A DNA stretch of 64,000 nt, from contig JAPKBN010000003.1 in NCBI GenBank assembly GCA_026421215.1, positions 45,698 to 109,697 on the forward strand. Reading direction: 5' to 3'. The DNA is from Dehalococcoidia bacterium. GTDB taxonomy: Bacteria > Chloroflexota > Dehalococcoidia > Lucifugimonadales > Lucifugimonadaceae. How positions within the stretch are numbered: position 1 is the first letter of the stretch; every line of letters starts with the position of its first letter. A program made the translations under genes and the position numbers. This document shows, one piece after another, positions 28,506-38,097 of this stretch. Under the pieces are notes generated by a model, which worked only from the letters and a program-made list of their open reading frames with translations, did no database searches and was not told the origin of the DNA.

Positions 28506-29522
28506 TTAGACAATTTCAAATATCTGGAATCGGTGTCTGGCGGTTTCTAACACGAGTAACCGGTCATCGCCATATGTCGTCACCGCAACTGGTACCCAGA
28601 AATAGGGTTCAGTGCGGGCCGAAACTTCGTAAGGTTCATCGACATCCAACTTGGGGTAGGGGTTGAATACCTCGCGAGCGATCTTCTCGTCCTTGTTGGC
28701 GTTGATGTAATCAGCCGCCCACGGAGACAATCCAGCTTCACCGAGAACGATCGTCTGGAAGTTCCAGTCCTTGTCGAACACCTGCACACGTTGATTCTGC
28801 CAGTCGGCCACATAAATGAAACCGTCGTCATCCACGGCGACCGAAGAAGGCCGATTGAACTGACCATCTCCGTCTCCGGACTCTCCGTGCGCGTCGATGA
28901 ACACGCCGTCTTCTTCAAAGCGCTGGATCCTGTCGTTGCGCCAATCGGCTACGTAGATCCTTCCGTCCGAGGCGGTGGTGATGCCCCAGGGATAGTTGAA
29001 CTGGCCTTTGGCCGATCCTTCAGAACCAAACGAATCGATATATTCGCCGTCCACTGTGTACCGCTGGATGCGGTGATTCTTGTGGTCGACAACAAGCAGA
29101 TTGCCATTGGCGTCAAATGCCAATCCTGAAGGGCCATCAAACTCGTTTGGCCCGGAGCCGGCGGTTCCCCAGTGGCTCACGTAGTTGTTTTCCGAGTCGA
29201 AGATGGTGATCCGCTGCATCTTTTCGTCGGCTAGGAACAGACGATCACTGGAGTCGATCGCAATGGCGGTACCCCATTGCATCTCACCGTCGCCGGTTCC
29301 GTATCCGGAAAACTCGCCGTGCCAGTTGTGGTCGATGTCCGTGACGCTGATGCCCGTTCCGGCGAGGGACCCTTGTCCGCTGCGACTCAAGACAAAGATG
29401 AGCCCATCTTTTCGGACAGCGAAGTCGACAGGAAAATGGTAGCCGCGACCACCCTGGGCGGCGCCGAAGCCGTTGGTGTCTATGTACTTCAGTTGTCTTT
29501 GTTTCCGTATTTCAGTCGTCAT
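28506..29522 (-). CDS. NHL-repeat beta-propeller protein (copy A)
   Basis: Repeated F..P.G.A.D..G...V.D..N.RIQ.F units. There is a GGAG SD 8 nt before the ATG at 29522. It is a paralog of 31126-32139. Confidence 0.8.
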   Translation of the reverse strand: MTTEIRKQRQLKYIDTNGFGAAQGGRGYHFPVDFAVRKDGLIFVLSRSGQGSLAGTGISVTDIDHNWHGEFSGYGTGDGEMQWGTAIAIDSSDRLFLADEKMQRITIFDSENNYVSHWGTAGSGPNEFDGPSGLAFDANGNLLVVDHKNHRIQRYTVDGEYIDSFGSEGSAKGQFNYPWGITTASDGRIYVADWRNDRIQRFEEDGVFIDAHGESGDGDGQFNRPSSVAVDDDGFIYVADWQNQRVQVFDKDWNFQTIVLGEAGLSPWAADYINANKDEKIAREVFNPYPKLDVDEPYEVSARTEPYFWVPVAVTTYGDDRLLVLETARHRFQIFEIV

Positions 29523-29564
29523 TGGATTACTCCGTGTGCCGCTTCTGGCGCCACTGCACACATA

Positions 29565-31010
29565 TCAGGCAAGTTGGTACTCGCGGGTGGAGACGATCAG
29601 TTGGAGCAGGGAAGTGATCTTGCCCGCCCCATCCTCGGTCGACGGATCGACATCACCTTGCTCACGCACAAAGGCCAAGAGACCATTGAGTGTGCCGTCT
29701 TCCACGCGCAGACGGCCCACCAGTCCAAGACAATCTTCCACCAGCGCTTCGGGCTCGACATTTCCTGACGGATGACGGTCCGCTATGCGGCTGACGATGG
29801 CTTTAACGCCCCTCTTGTCGGGATCACCGATTGTATCGCTGGCGAAATTAATCCGCTGGACCATAGAGCCGGTGCTAATCCAGTCATCTCCGCCCATCCA
29901 TCCCTCAACACTTGTCGGGCCAAGAAGCTGCTGTCCCATGTAGTTGCAGGCAGCGGTGGCCTTGTAAACGTCATCTGTCGGCCAGTCAAAATCACCGGCC
30001 AGGCGCAGGGTGCCAACTACGACCTCTGCCGGACTCTTGATTCTTGCGAACCGTTTAGTTTCAGACTTGAAAATGTCTGACTCAAACATCGCTCGTAGCA
30101 TGGCCCCGATGCTGTAATCATTTGCGAAGTAAGCGTCGACCATCAATTGAATGGCCTCCGGATCCTTGGGTCCTTCAAACGGCCACTGCGGAACGGGAAG
30201 TTCGTCGGCCACGAAGTGGTGATACAGGTGGCGAGCAATGAACTGTGGAGTCGCCGGGTTCTTGCAGATGATGTCGATGACATCTTCGCCCGTGAAGTTT
30301 CCGGTCTCGCCAAGGAACGTTTTCTCGCCATCGTCGTGATCCGACTCGTCGTACTCAAACTGCCATGCGATGTAGCCGTACGGCCGGAGCGTGTTGTTCC
30401 GCATCTTTGTCGACATGTACGGCATATTGGCGATCGTCCAACCTGTGAACGCCCGCGCACACTCTTTAACGTCATCTTCCGTGTAGTTGCCCACGCCCAT
30501 AGCGAACAACTCGAGAATTTCACGGCCGTAGTTCTCGTTGATGTTGTCCTTGTGATTGTCCTGGTTGTCCAGCCACAGGATCATCGCCGGGTCTTTGGAT
30601 AGCTGTATGAGAAGTTCACGGAAGCTGCCAAGGCCGTACTTACGGAACATGTCTATCTGGCTGATCATGACCTTGCCCTGGATCACCTTCGTCTGTCCCG
30701 TGGCGAACACACGGTGCCAGAACAGGGCGATCTTTTCTTCGAATGGTGTCTTGGTGGTCACCAGCCTGTACATCCAGAACGAGCCAGATGATGGCGGAAT
30801 GCGCAGGTCGTTATGGTCTGCGTGATACCGGCGAATCAGGTCAACAGGCAACGGATCTGCGTCACCCGGGTTGAACAGCTGATCAAGCGTTCCTTCGTAG
30901 CCGAGCTCGCCGGCTTCCTCAAGTTCTCCGGGGGTCGATCCGAACCCTGTACGGCGCAACAAATGCGCAATTAGATCAAGTTCGGTTCCAATATTCGTAG
31001 CGGTAGCCAT
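29565..31010 (-). CDS. DUF1800 family protein (copy A)
   Basis: LIAHLLRRTGFG, FWHRVFATG, ILWLDNQDN and ENYGREILELF motifs. There is a GGAGG SD 7 nt before the ATG at 31010. The track ORF is extended to 31088. Confidence 0.85.
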   Translation of the reverse strand: MATATNIGTELDLIAHLLRRTGFGSTPGELEEAGELGYEGTLDQLFNPGDADPLPVDLIRRYHADHNDLRIPPSSGSFWMYRLVTTKTPFEEKIALFWHRVFATGQTKVIQGKVMISQIDMFRKYGLGSFRELLIQLSKDPAMILWLDNQDNHKDNINENYGREILELFAMGVGNYTEDDVKECARAFTGWTIANMPYMSTKMRNNTLRPYGYIAWQFEYDESDHDDGEKTFLGETGNFTGEDVIDIICKNPATPQFIARHLYHHFVADELPVPQWPFEGPKDPEAIQLMVDAYFANDYSIGAMLRAMFESDIFKSETKRFARIKSPAEVVVGTLRLAGDFDWPTDDVYKATAACNYMGQQLLGPTSVEGWMGGDDWISTGSMVQRINFASDTIGDPDKRGVKAIVSRIADRHPSGNVEPEALVEDCLGLVGRLRVEDGTLNGLLAFVREQGDVDPSTEDGAGKITSLLQLIVSTREYQLA

Positions 31011-31125
31011 GTAACAGCCTCCAGATGTTGTGCTGGATTGTACCGTGAACGCGATAACCTTCAAACCATCGCTAGACAATCGGTTCAAGTGTGCATGTCC
31101 GTGCTTACGAAAGCAGTCGCCCGGA

Positions 31126-32139
31126 CTAGACCTTCTCGTACACTTGGAATCGGTGTCGGCCGGTCTCTAGGATCAAGATCCGGGTGTCGTCGTACAAAGC
31201 GATCGATACCGGGTCCCAGAAGTAGGGCTCCGTCCGGGCCGATACCTCGTGCGGATCGTTCACATCAAGCTCCGGATAAGGGTCGAAGGTGGAGCGTGCT
31301 TCCTTTTCGTCGGCATTGGCGTCGATGTACTCGGCCGCCCACTTGGACAGCTCGCCCGCGCCGCGGATGCTTGTCTGGAAGTTCCAGTCCTTGTCGAAAG
31401 CCTGGACGCGCTGGTTGCCCCAGTCGGCGACAAAGATGTTCCCATCGTCGTCAACAGCGACGTTTGCCGGCCGGTTGAACTGGCCTTGGCCATGTCCGGT
31501 GGTGCCGCAGGCGTCGATAAATTTACCCTCGTGGGTGAACCGCTGGATGCGATCATTGCGCCAGTCTGCGATGTAAATCACACCGTCCGGCGCAACCGTG
31601 ACGCCCCAAGGGAAGCTGAACTCGCCATTTCCATCACCCGCGGAACCGAATGAATTCAGATACTTACCGTCCGGCGTGTAGCGCTGGATGCGCTGATTCT
31701 TATCATCCACCACGAGAAGATTTCCGTCACGGTCAAAAGCTATGCCAGACGGTCCGTCGAACTCGCCCTCGCCGGACCCCTCGGTCCCCCAGTGAGATTC
31801 GTAGTTGTGGTCGGCATCGAAGATGGTGATGCGGTGAAGCGCTTCGTCAGCCATGAACAGTCGGTCGCTGGCGTCGAAAGCGATCGCCGTCGCGGAGATG
31901 AACTGCCCGGGCGCGATCCCGCGACTGGAGATCTCTTCGAACCAGTTGTGGTCGATATCGGTGATTTTGATGCCGTTGCCGCCCTGAATCGCGTCGCCGC
32001 GGCTCAGGACGTATATCCGGCCGTCACTTCGCACCGCGAGATCCACAGGAAGGTAGTACCCGCGCCCGCCCTGTGCTGCGCCGAATCCGTTTGTGTCGCG
32101 GTACTCGAGGCCAAGCCTGGCCCCAGTTTCGGTTGCCAT
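31126..32139 (-). CDS. NHL-repeat beta-propeller protein (copy B)
   Basis: 337 aa with the same repeat architecture and C-terminal tail as copy A. A GGAG SD lies upstream. Confidence 0.8.
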   Translation of the reverse strand: MATETGARLGLEYRDTNGFGAAQGGRGYYLPVDLAVRSDGRIYVLSRGDAIQGGNGIKITDIDHNWFEEISSRGIAPGQFISATAIAFDASDRLFMADEALHRITIFDADHNYESHWGTEGSGEGEFDGPSGIAFDRDGNLLVVDDKNQRIQRYTPDGKYLNSFGSAGDGNGEFSFPWGVTVAPDGVIYIADWRNDRIQRFTHEGKFIDACGTTGHGQGQFNRPANVAVDDDGNIFVADWGNQRVQAFDKDWNFQTSIRGAGELSKWAAEYIDANADEKEARSTFDPYPELDVNDPHEVSARTEPYFWDPVSIALYDDTRILILETGRHRFQVYEKV

Positions 32140-32201
32140 AATTCAACTACTCCGTAACGACCCTGCCTGACCCTGGATGGGATGAGGACTCGGCCTCAGG
32201 A

Positions 32202-33674
32202 TTAGACCAACTGGTACTCGCGGGTCGAGACGATCAACTGAAGGACCGAAACGATCTTGTCCACTCCATCATCGGTGCGGGGGTCGATGTCGCCCTGTTC
32301 CCTTGCGTACGTGACGATCCCTTCCTTAGTGTCGTCCTCGACCCTGAGAGAACCGACAAGTTCCAGGCACTCATCCACCAGCGCTTTGGGTGTTACAAGT
32401 CCTCGAGGGTGACGGTCAGAAATCTGATTGATGATCGATTTGATGCCCTTTTTGGTGGGATCACCGACCGTGGCGCTGGCGAAGTTGATCCGTTGCACCA
32501 TCGAACCGGTGCTTATCCAGTCATCGCCGCCCATCCAACCCTCGACGCTCACCGGTGCCAACAACGCCTGCCCCATAAAGCCGCAGGCGGCGGTCGCTTT
32601 GAAGATATCGGCGGTCGGCCAGTCAAAGCCGCCGGCGAGTCGCAATGTTCCAACCACAAGCTCGACGGGGCTCTTGATGCGGGCGTACTGAGTGGCTTCT
32701 GACTTGAACATCTCGGACTCGAAGACCGCCCGCAACATGGCGCCGATGCTGTAGTTGTCGGCGAAGTAGGCGTCGACCATCAGCTCGATCGCTCCCGGAT
32801 CCTTCGGACCCTCGAACGGCCACTGCGGCACGGGGAGCTCGTCGGCGATGAAGTGATGGTACAAGTGGCGTGCTATGAAGCGTGCTGTGGCTGGGTTCTT
32901 ACAGATGATGTCGATGATGTCATCGCCGTTGAAGTTGCCAGTCTCACCCAGGAACGTCTTCTCACCCTCATCGTGATCTTCAGGGTCGAACTTGTACTGC
33001 CAGGCGACGTATCCGTACGGGCGCAACGTGTTGTTGCGCATCCTGATCGACATGTACGGCATGTTCGCGATCGTCCAGCCGGTAAAAGCTCGTGAGCATT
33101 CTTTGATGTCTTGCTCTGAATAGTTGCCGACGCCCATGGCGAACAATTCGAGGATTTCTCGTCCGTAGTTCTCGTTGATGTTGTCCTTGTGATTGTCCTG
33201 GTTGTCCAGCCACAAGATCATCGCCGGGTTCTGGGAGAGCTGGACGAGCAGGTCTCGGAAACTGCCAAGACCGAACTGCCTGAACATCTCGATTTGGGTG
33301 AGCATCACTTTGCCCTGAATCAACTTGGTCTGACCAGTGGCAAAGATGCGATGCCAGAACAGCGCGATTTTCTCTTCAAACGGCGTTTTCGTGGTCGACA
33401 TCCGGTACATCCAGACCGATCCCGACGACGGAGCGATCTGTGTAATCGACTGGTCGGGATGGTACCTACGGATGATGTCCGAAGGCATCGACTCCGGGTC
33501 GCCAGGGTTGAAAAGAAGGTCGAGCGTCCCCTGATAACCGAGATCGCCGGCAGCCTGAAGCTCTTCCCACGTTGCGCCAAACCCTGCGCGTCGCAACAGA
33601 TGGGCGATCAGCTCGATGTCGGTTCCGGATCTTGCGGCGGTAGTCAAGGTCAACGTCTCCCAGGCTTCACCCAA
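32202..33674 (-). CDS. DUF1800 family protein (copy B)
   Basis: Same motifs as copy A. The likely true start is the TTG at 33647, which has GGGAG 9 nt upstream and gives MTTAARSGTDIELIAHLLRR, parallel to copy A. Confidence 0.85.
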   Translation of the reverse strand: MGEAWETLTLTTAARSGTDIELIAHLLRRAGFGATWEELQAAGDLGYQGTLDLLFNPGDPESMPSDIIRRYHPDQSITQIAPSSGSVWMYRMSTTKTPFEEKIALFWHRIFATGQTKLIQGKVMLTQIEMFRQFGLGSFRDLLVQLSQNPAMILWLDNQDNHKDNINENYGREILELFAMGVGNYSEQDIKECSRAFTGWTIANMPYMSIRMRNNTLRPYGYVAWQYKFDPEDHDEGEKTFLGETGNFNGDDIIDIICKNPATARFIARHLYHHFIADELPVPQWPFEGPKDPGAIELMVDAYFADNYSIGAMLRAVFESEMFKSEATQYARIKSPVELVVGTLRLAGGFDWPTADIFKATAACGFMGQALLAPVSVEGWMGGDDWISTGSMVQRINFASATVGDPTKKGIKSIINQISDRHPRGLVTPKALVDECLELVGSLRVEDDTKEGIVTYAREQGDIDPRTDDGVDKIVSVLQLIVSTREYQLV

Positions 33675-33767
33675 ATGAGTTAGTGGGGTGGGCGGATTGT
33701 AACGGTTGGCCGGGAAGCTTCAAACCCATGTCACCTCCGACGGGCATCGGGTGAAATAGTCAAATTA

Positions 33768-34937
33768 CTAGGGACCTGTTCCGTTGCTTGAGTCAGATCT
33801 CAAGGTCGGATCGTAATCGGCGACCAGATCGGCTAGTTTCCGGCGGTGATATTTAGGGTCACCAAGTGAGTGGTATAGAGAACGCGAAAGCTGTGTGAAA
33901 AGCGATAGGCCGTACTCCCGCATGACGCCCACGCCGGCGTGTACTTCATGCGCGTAGTTGGTCGCCTGAACGAACCCCTCGCTGGTGACAGCCTTCGCGA
34001 GATGCACCGAAATTTCCTGGTCCGGCCTGTGTGCGTCGATCTTCCACAGCGCCTCGTAGGTGGTCCAGCGCGCTGAGTCAAGGTGGTTTACAAGTTGAAC
34101 GATGTGGTTCTGGACGTGCTGAAATCGACCGATCAGCTGTCCGAACTGAACTCGCTCACGGCTGTACTCAACAGACATGTCGTAAACGGCCTGGGAACCG
34201 CCAACTTTGAATGCGCAAAGGATCGGTGTGGAGTGCCGCAGCGCCGCCTCGAAACCGCTCAGCGCAGAGGCCGATCCTCCAAGCAGTGCGTCACCAGGGA
34301 CGTCGACGTTATCGAAGGTCACTTCGCATTCTGTAGTGAGGAAGCCTTCGATCCGCCGAATAGATACGCCAGGAAGCGATGTGTCCACCATCAAGAAACC
34401 TATATCGGTGGGATTGTCGCCGGTACGCACCGCTGTGATCAGGTAGTCTGCCGTGAAGGCGTCGTACACAAACAGTTTGGTGCCGTTCAGCCCGTAGCTA
34501 TTCCTACGACGCTCGATCTTCAGTTGAATCCCGTCAACTCCCCACGCCCAGTCCGGCTCTGTAATCGCGAGCGCAACTACACTCTCACCGCTGGCGATCT
34601 TCGGCAGATATTCCGACCTCTGGGGCGGATCGCCGAGCGCTAGCAATGTGTGCGCTGCCAGTACGCCGGACGAGAAGAATGGACCCGGGACCGGCCCATA
34701 TCCAAGCGCCTCATACACGACCGCTGTGTCGGTGAGGCTGCTACCGCTTCCGCCGTACTCCTCCGGGATCACCATGCCAAGCCATCCGATTTCGGCGGCC
34801 TTGCTCCAGGTGTCCCGTGAGTAACCTTCTTCGGTCTGTACGAGCTCGATGATCGCCTCACGAGGGGACTCGTGGGTGATGAAGTCCTCGACTCCGGACT
34901 TCAGTAGCTGCTGCGTTTCTGTGAGTGAAAGATCCAT
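33768..34937 (-). CDS. acyl-CoA dehydrogenase family protein
   Basis: 389 aa with ACAD N-terminal, middle and C-terminal layout (GWLGMVIPEEYGG, GTKLFV). Confidence 0.85.
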   Translation of the reverse strand: MDLSLTETQQLLKSGVEDFITHESPREAIIELVQTEEGYSRDTWSKAAEIGWLGMVIPEEYGGSGSSLTDTAVVYEALGYGPVPGPFFSSGVLAAHTLLALGDPPQRSEYLPKIASGESVVALAITEPDWAWGVDGIQLKIERRRNSYGLNGTKLFVYDAFTADYLITAVRTGDNPTDIGFLMVDTSLPGVSIRRIEGFLTTECEVTFDNVDVPGDALLGGSASALSGFEAALRHSTPILCAFKVGGSQAVYDMSVEYSRERVQFGQLIGRFQHVQNHIVQLVNHLDSARWTTYEALWKIDAHRPDQEISVHLAKAVTSEGFVQATNYAHEVHAGVGVMREYGLSLFTQLSRSLYHSLGDPKYHRRKLADLVADYDPTLRSDSSNGTGP

Positions 34938-35011
34938 GGATGTTGAAACTGGCTTTCTTCAGGCGGTTTGAGGCTGGGCGAAGTATCGAAAATAAGCTGG
35001 CATATACCCGC

Positions 35012-36229
35012 TTATTCAGCCGTTTTGCCTGCCTTCTCCCGGACCTTCCTACCTATGCCGATACGGCGGGCCATGATCACCTTCTGGATGTCGGCGGTCG
35101 CTCCCGGGTGGAGGTCGACGATGCTGGACTTCATGAAAGAGTCCAGCTGCCCGCCAGACGTGTCCCAACGAGGGTCGTTGGTCAGAGCATAAGGGCCGAC
35201 CAGCTCCATGATTGACTCCGCGGTCGCTAGGTGGGCCATCTTCCGGAAGTAAGAAGCCTGCGGGCCCTCGTACGTCATCTCGATATGAGAGCGGTTCATC
35301 CAGAAATTCCGGAGATCGAATAGTCGGGCGACCTCCGTCCTGATGAACACATCGGCAAGCCGGTCCCGGACATCGCTGTCCTCCAGAATCGGGTTCCCAC
35401 CCTTCTTGAGGCCCATCGCGCGCTGTCGAGCACGGTCAAACCATCGGTTACGCCCAATACGGCCGCCGGAGCCATGTTCAAGCTCGAGGTGAGTGGTGGC
35501 GACCTTCCAACCGTTGTTCACGCCGCCGACAAGGTTTGATCCAGGAACCCGAACGTTGTCAAAGAAGATCGTGTTCTTATGCCCGCGTCCCGGTCCGCCG
35601 CCTTCGTCGCCCATCAAGTCCATAGGCGTGATGGTGATACCGGGAGAATCCGCCGGTATCAGGAACCAGCTCAAGTTCTCGTGGCGCTTGCCTTCGGGGT
35701 CGGTGCGGGTGATAGTCCAGAGATAGTCAGCACCGTGGGTGCCGCCGACATAGATCTTCTGGCCGTTCACTATGTAGTCGTCGCCATCCTGAACCGCCTC
35801 GGTTTGCGTTCCAGCTAGGTCGGAACCAGCCTCTGGCCCTGTGAGCAACTGCCATGTAACGACCTCGCCCGTGAAGATAGGCGGCAGCATCCGGGTCTTC
35901 TGCTCGTCTGTGCCCCACACAAGGATCGATGCGCCACCGAGAGTTCCTCCTGTGTCGTAATAGGGCGGAATTCCAAGATCGTACGCGTCGATCTCTTCGC
36001 CGATCACGATGGCGTTGTCGACCGACAGACCGCCGCCGCCGTACTCCACTGGTGCGGTCGGCCTTAACCAGCCAAGTTTGCCCAACTGACGGCCGAACTC
36101 TCGGTACTTCGGGTAGTTCTCGTCAGAGTCGGAATCTCCCTCGATCACAGGAACGTGCTCTGCTAGCCATGAACGGACCTCCTCACGAAAGGCTTCCTGT
36201 TCAGCCGTGTAGGCGGGCTCAAAATCCAA
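35012..36229 (-). CDS. acyl-CoA dehydrogenase family protein
   Basis: 405 aa with GWLRPTAPVEYGGGG and VNGQKIYVGG motifs typical of ACADs. Confidence 0.85.
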   Translation of the reverse strand: MDFEPAYTAEQEAFREEVRSWLAEHVPVIEGDSDSDENYPKYREFGRQLGKLGWLRPTAPVEYGGGGLSVDNAIVIGEEIDAYDLGIPPYYDTGGTLGGASILVWGTDEQKTRMLPPIFTGEVVTWQLLTGPEAGSDLAGTQTEAVQDGDDYIVNGQKIYVGGTHGADYLWTITRTDPEGKRHENLSWFLIPADSPGITITPMDLMGDEGGGPGRGHKNTIFFDNVRVPGSNLVGGVNNGWKVATTHLELEHGSGGRIGRNRWFDRARQRAMGLKKGGNPILEDSDVRDRLADVFIRTEVARLFDLRNFWMNRSHIEMTYEGPQASYFRKMAHLATAESIMELVGPYALTNDPRWDTSGGQLDSFMKSSIVDLHPGATADIQKVIMARRIGIGRKVREKAGKTAE

Positions 36230-36381
36230 AATTTACTCTCCGCTACTCTCAAGGGCGTACGGTCATGGCCCAAACAAGACTCAATCGGGAGTGTACAGCA
36301 GGCTCCGGGACAAATATGGCTGAGTTCTACCCGGAATCAAGGCCATCTATTAATGCCAAGATCTCGAGTGCTGTCGCTAGC

Positions 36382-37920
36382 TTATTTACCGTTTTTGATG
36401 AAGTCGGCGACGCGTTCGCCAACCATGATGATCGTGGCATTCGTGTTGGCGCGGATGCAGTCCGGCATTACCGAGCCATCTGCCAAGCGAAGGCCCTCAA
36501 CGCCTCGCACACGACAGTACTGATCCAGAACCGCCATTTCGTCCGAATCTGGACCCATCTTCGCTGTCCCAGAGATATGGTGCATCGTCTCTACGTTGCG
36601 CATCATCCACGCATCTAACGTTTCATCCGTCACAAGATCGGCTGGCGCCGGGTCTATAAGGGCGCCGATGATCGGCTCGAACGCTTTGTGTTCCGAAAGG
36701 CGAAGATTCAATCGCACTCCATCACGCAAACGTTTTATGTCGGACGGATCGTCCAAGAAGTTGTAATTGAGGGATGGTTGGACAGACACATCGGGGGAAG
36801 TAAGTCGTAGTTCTCCCGAAGACTTCGCTAGATAAAGCCCGGCGCTCATCACAATTAGCCTTTCGGGAGAGTTCCAGCGCATGACCGTTATCATGTCGTT
36901 GCGCTGGTTCGAGTCCGTCGCCGTGTACCGGAGAGCGACTTTCTGTGGTCCGATATCGGTGCCGGGCATCTGGAAGTCATCTTTCGCGTTCCAGCGCGTG
37001 TGAACCGTGACGTGATCCCGTAGGTTCTGCCCCACCCCGGGGGAGTCTAGGACAACTGGTATGTCAAACTTGCGAAGGTGTGCAGCGGGCCCGATGCCGG
37101 ACAGCATCAGCAACTGAGGACTAGCAATTGGGCCAGCAGACAAAATTATCTCGTTGCCTGTAACGGTGAAGGTCTCCCCCCCAGATTCCACCACCACCCC
37201 GGATGCGCGTTGGCCGTCGAAAATGACCTTATGAGCCGTACAGTTCGGTCTGATGGTGAGGTTGATGCGGTGCCGCGCCTGCGACAGGTAACCAATGCTG
37301 GTGCTCCACCGGATGTCGTTGGGATTGTTCAAGGGTAGAGGGCCGATGCCGGTGGAATCCGGATCGTTGTGATCTGGGCTGTTGGCAAAACCAGCGTCCC
37401 GGCAAGCGTCAGTGAATGCCGCCTGGTCGTTCATCAATTCATCCGGCATGAAGCGACGAACCATGATCGGCCCGTCGTTGCCGTGGTAGTCGCCGGAATA
37501 ATTAGTGTCGGTCTCTATCTTGTTCAAGTAGGGGAATACCTTCTCGTACGCCCACTCTTGGTTGCCCCGTGATGCCCAGTCGTCGAAATCTTCAGGTAAG
37601 CCACGCAGAAAAACGGATCCATTGATGGCACTTGTTCCGCCAGTGACGCGCCCTCGTGGGACACGCATGGGAGGGGCTGTGGCTGTTGCGGTGCCGGTGA
37701 ACTGCCAGTCGTGGTCTCCGCCTACAGCAGAGTTGAGGCCGATTCCAAGGTCTGTCCCGGTGCCGTGATTGAATTTGACGTCGTCTGGAAGTGAGTCGAC
37801 GTTCGGGTAATCCGGCCCGGCTTCCAGTAGCAAAACGCTACGGTTCGGGTCTTCTGAAAGTCTTGTCGCAACAGTCGCGCCGCCGGAGCCAGATCCAACA
37901 ACGATGACGTCATAATTCAC
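36382..37920 (-). CDS. GMC family oxidoreductase (choline dehydrogenase-like)
   Basis: YDVIVVGSGSGGATVATRLSED FAD fold and a GMC C-terminal signature (HISGTAKMGPDSD...ADGSVMP). 512 aa. Confidence 0.9.
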   Translation of the reverse strand: MNYDVIVVGSGSGGATVATRLSEDPNRSVLLLEAGPDYPNVDSLPDDVKFNHGTGTDLGIGLNSAVGGDHDWQFTGTATATAPPMRVPRGRVTGGTSAINGSVFLRGLPEDFDDWASRGNQEWAYEKVFPYLNKIETDTNYSGDYHGNDGPIMVRRFMPDELMNDQAAFTDACRDAGFANSPDHNDPDSTGIGPLPLNNPNDIRWSTSIGYLSQARHRINLTIRPNCTAHKVIFDGQRASGVVVESGGETFTVTGNEIILSAGPIASPQLLMLSGIGPAAHLRKFDIPVVLDSPGVGQNLRDHVTVHTRWNAKDDFQMPGTDIGPQKVALRYTATDSNQRNDMITVMRWNSPERLIVMSAGLYLAKSSGELRLTSPDVSVQPSLNYNFLDDPSDIKRLRDGVRLNLRLSEHKAFEPIIGALIDPAPADLVTDETLDAWMMRNVETMHHISGTAKMGPDSDEMAVLDQYCRVRGVEGLRLADGSVMPDCIRANTNATIIMVGERVADFIKNGK

Positions 37921-38097
37921 GCCGGTTCTCCCTGATCAAACTCTGGATAACTCAACCCAATGGTCTCTAAACCTAGTGGTAAATAAAATGGAAGTATGAG
38001 CACGCGGCGAACAAGGATAGTCGCTATCGGAGTCGTGTGTAGGGACGAAGGAAATTCGAACTAGCGCAAGGCATTGATCGTTTCGATGTCGCATGTT

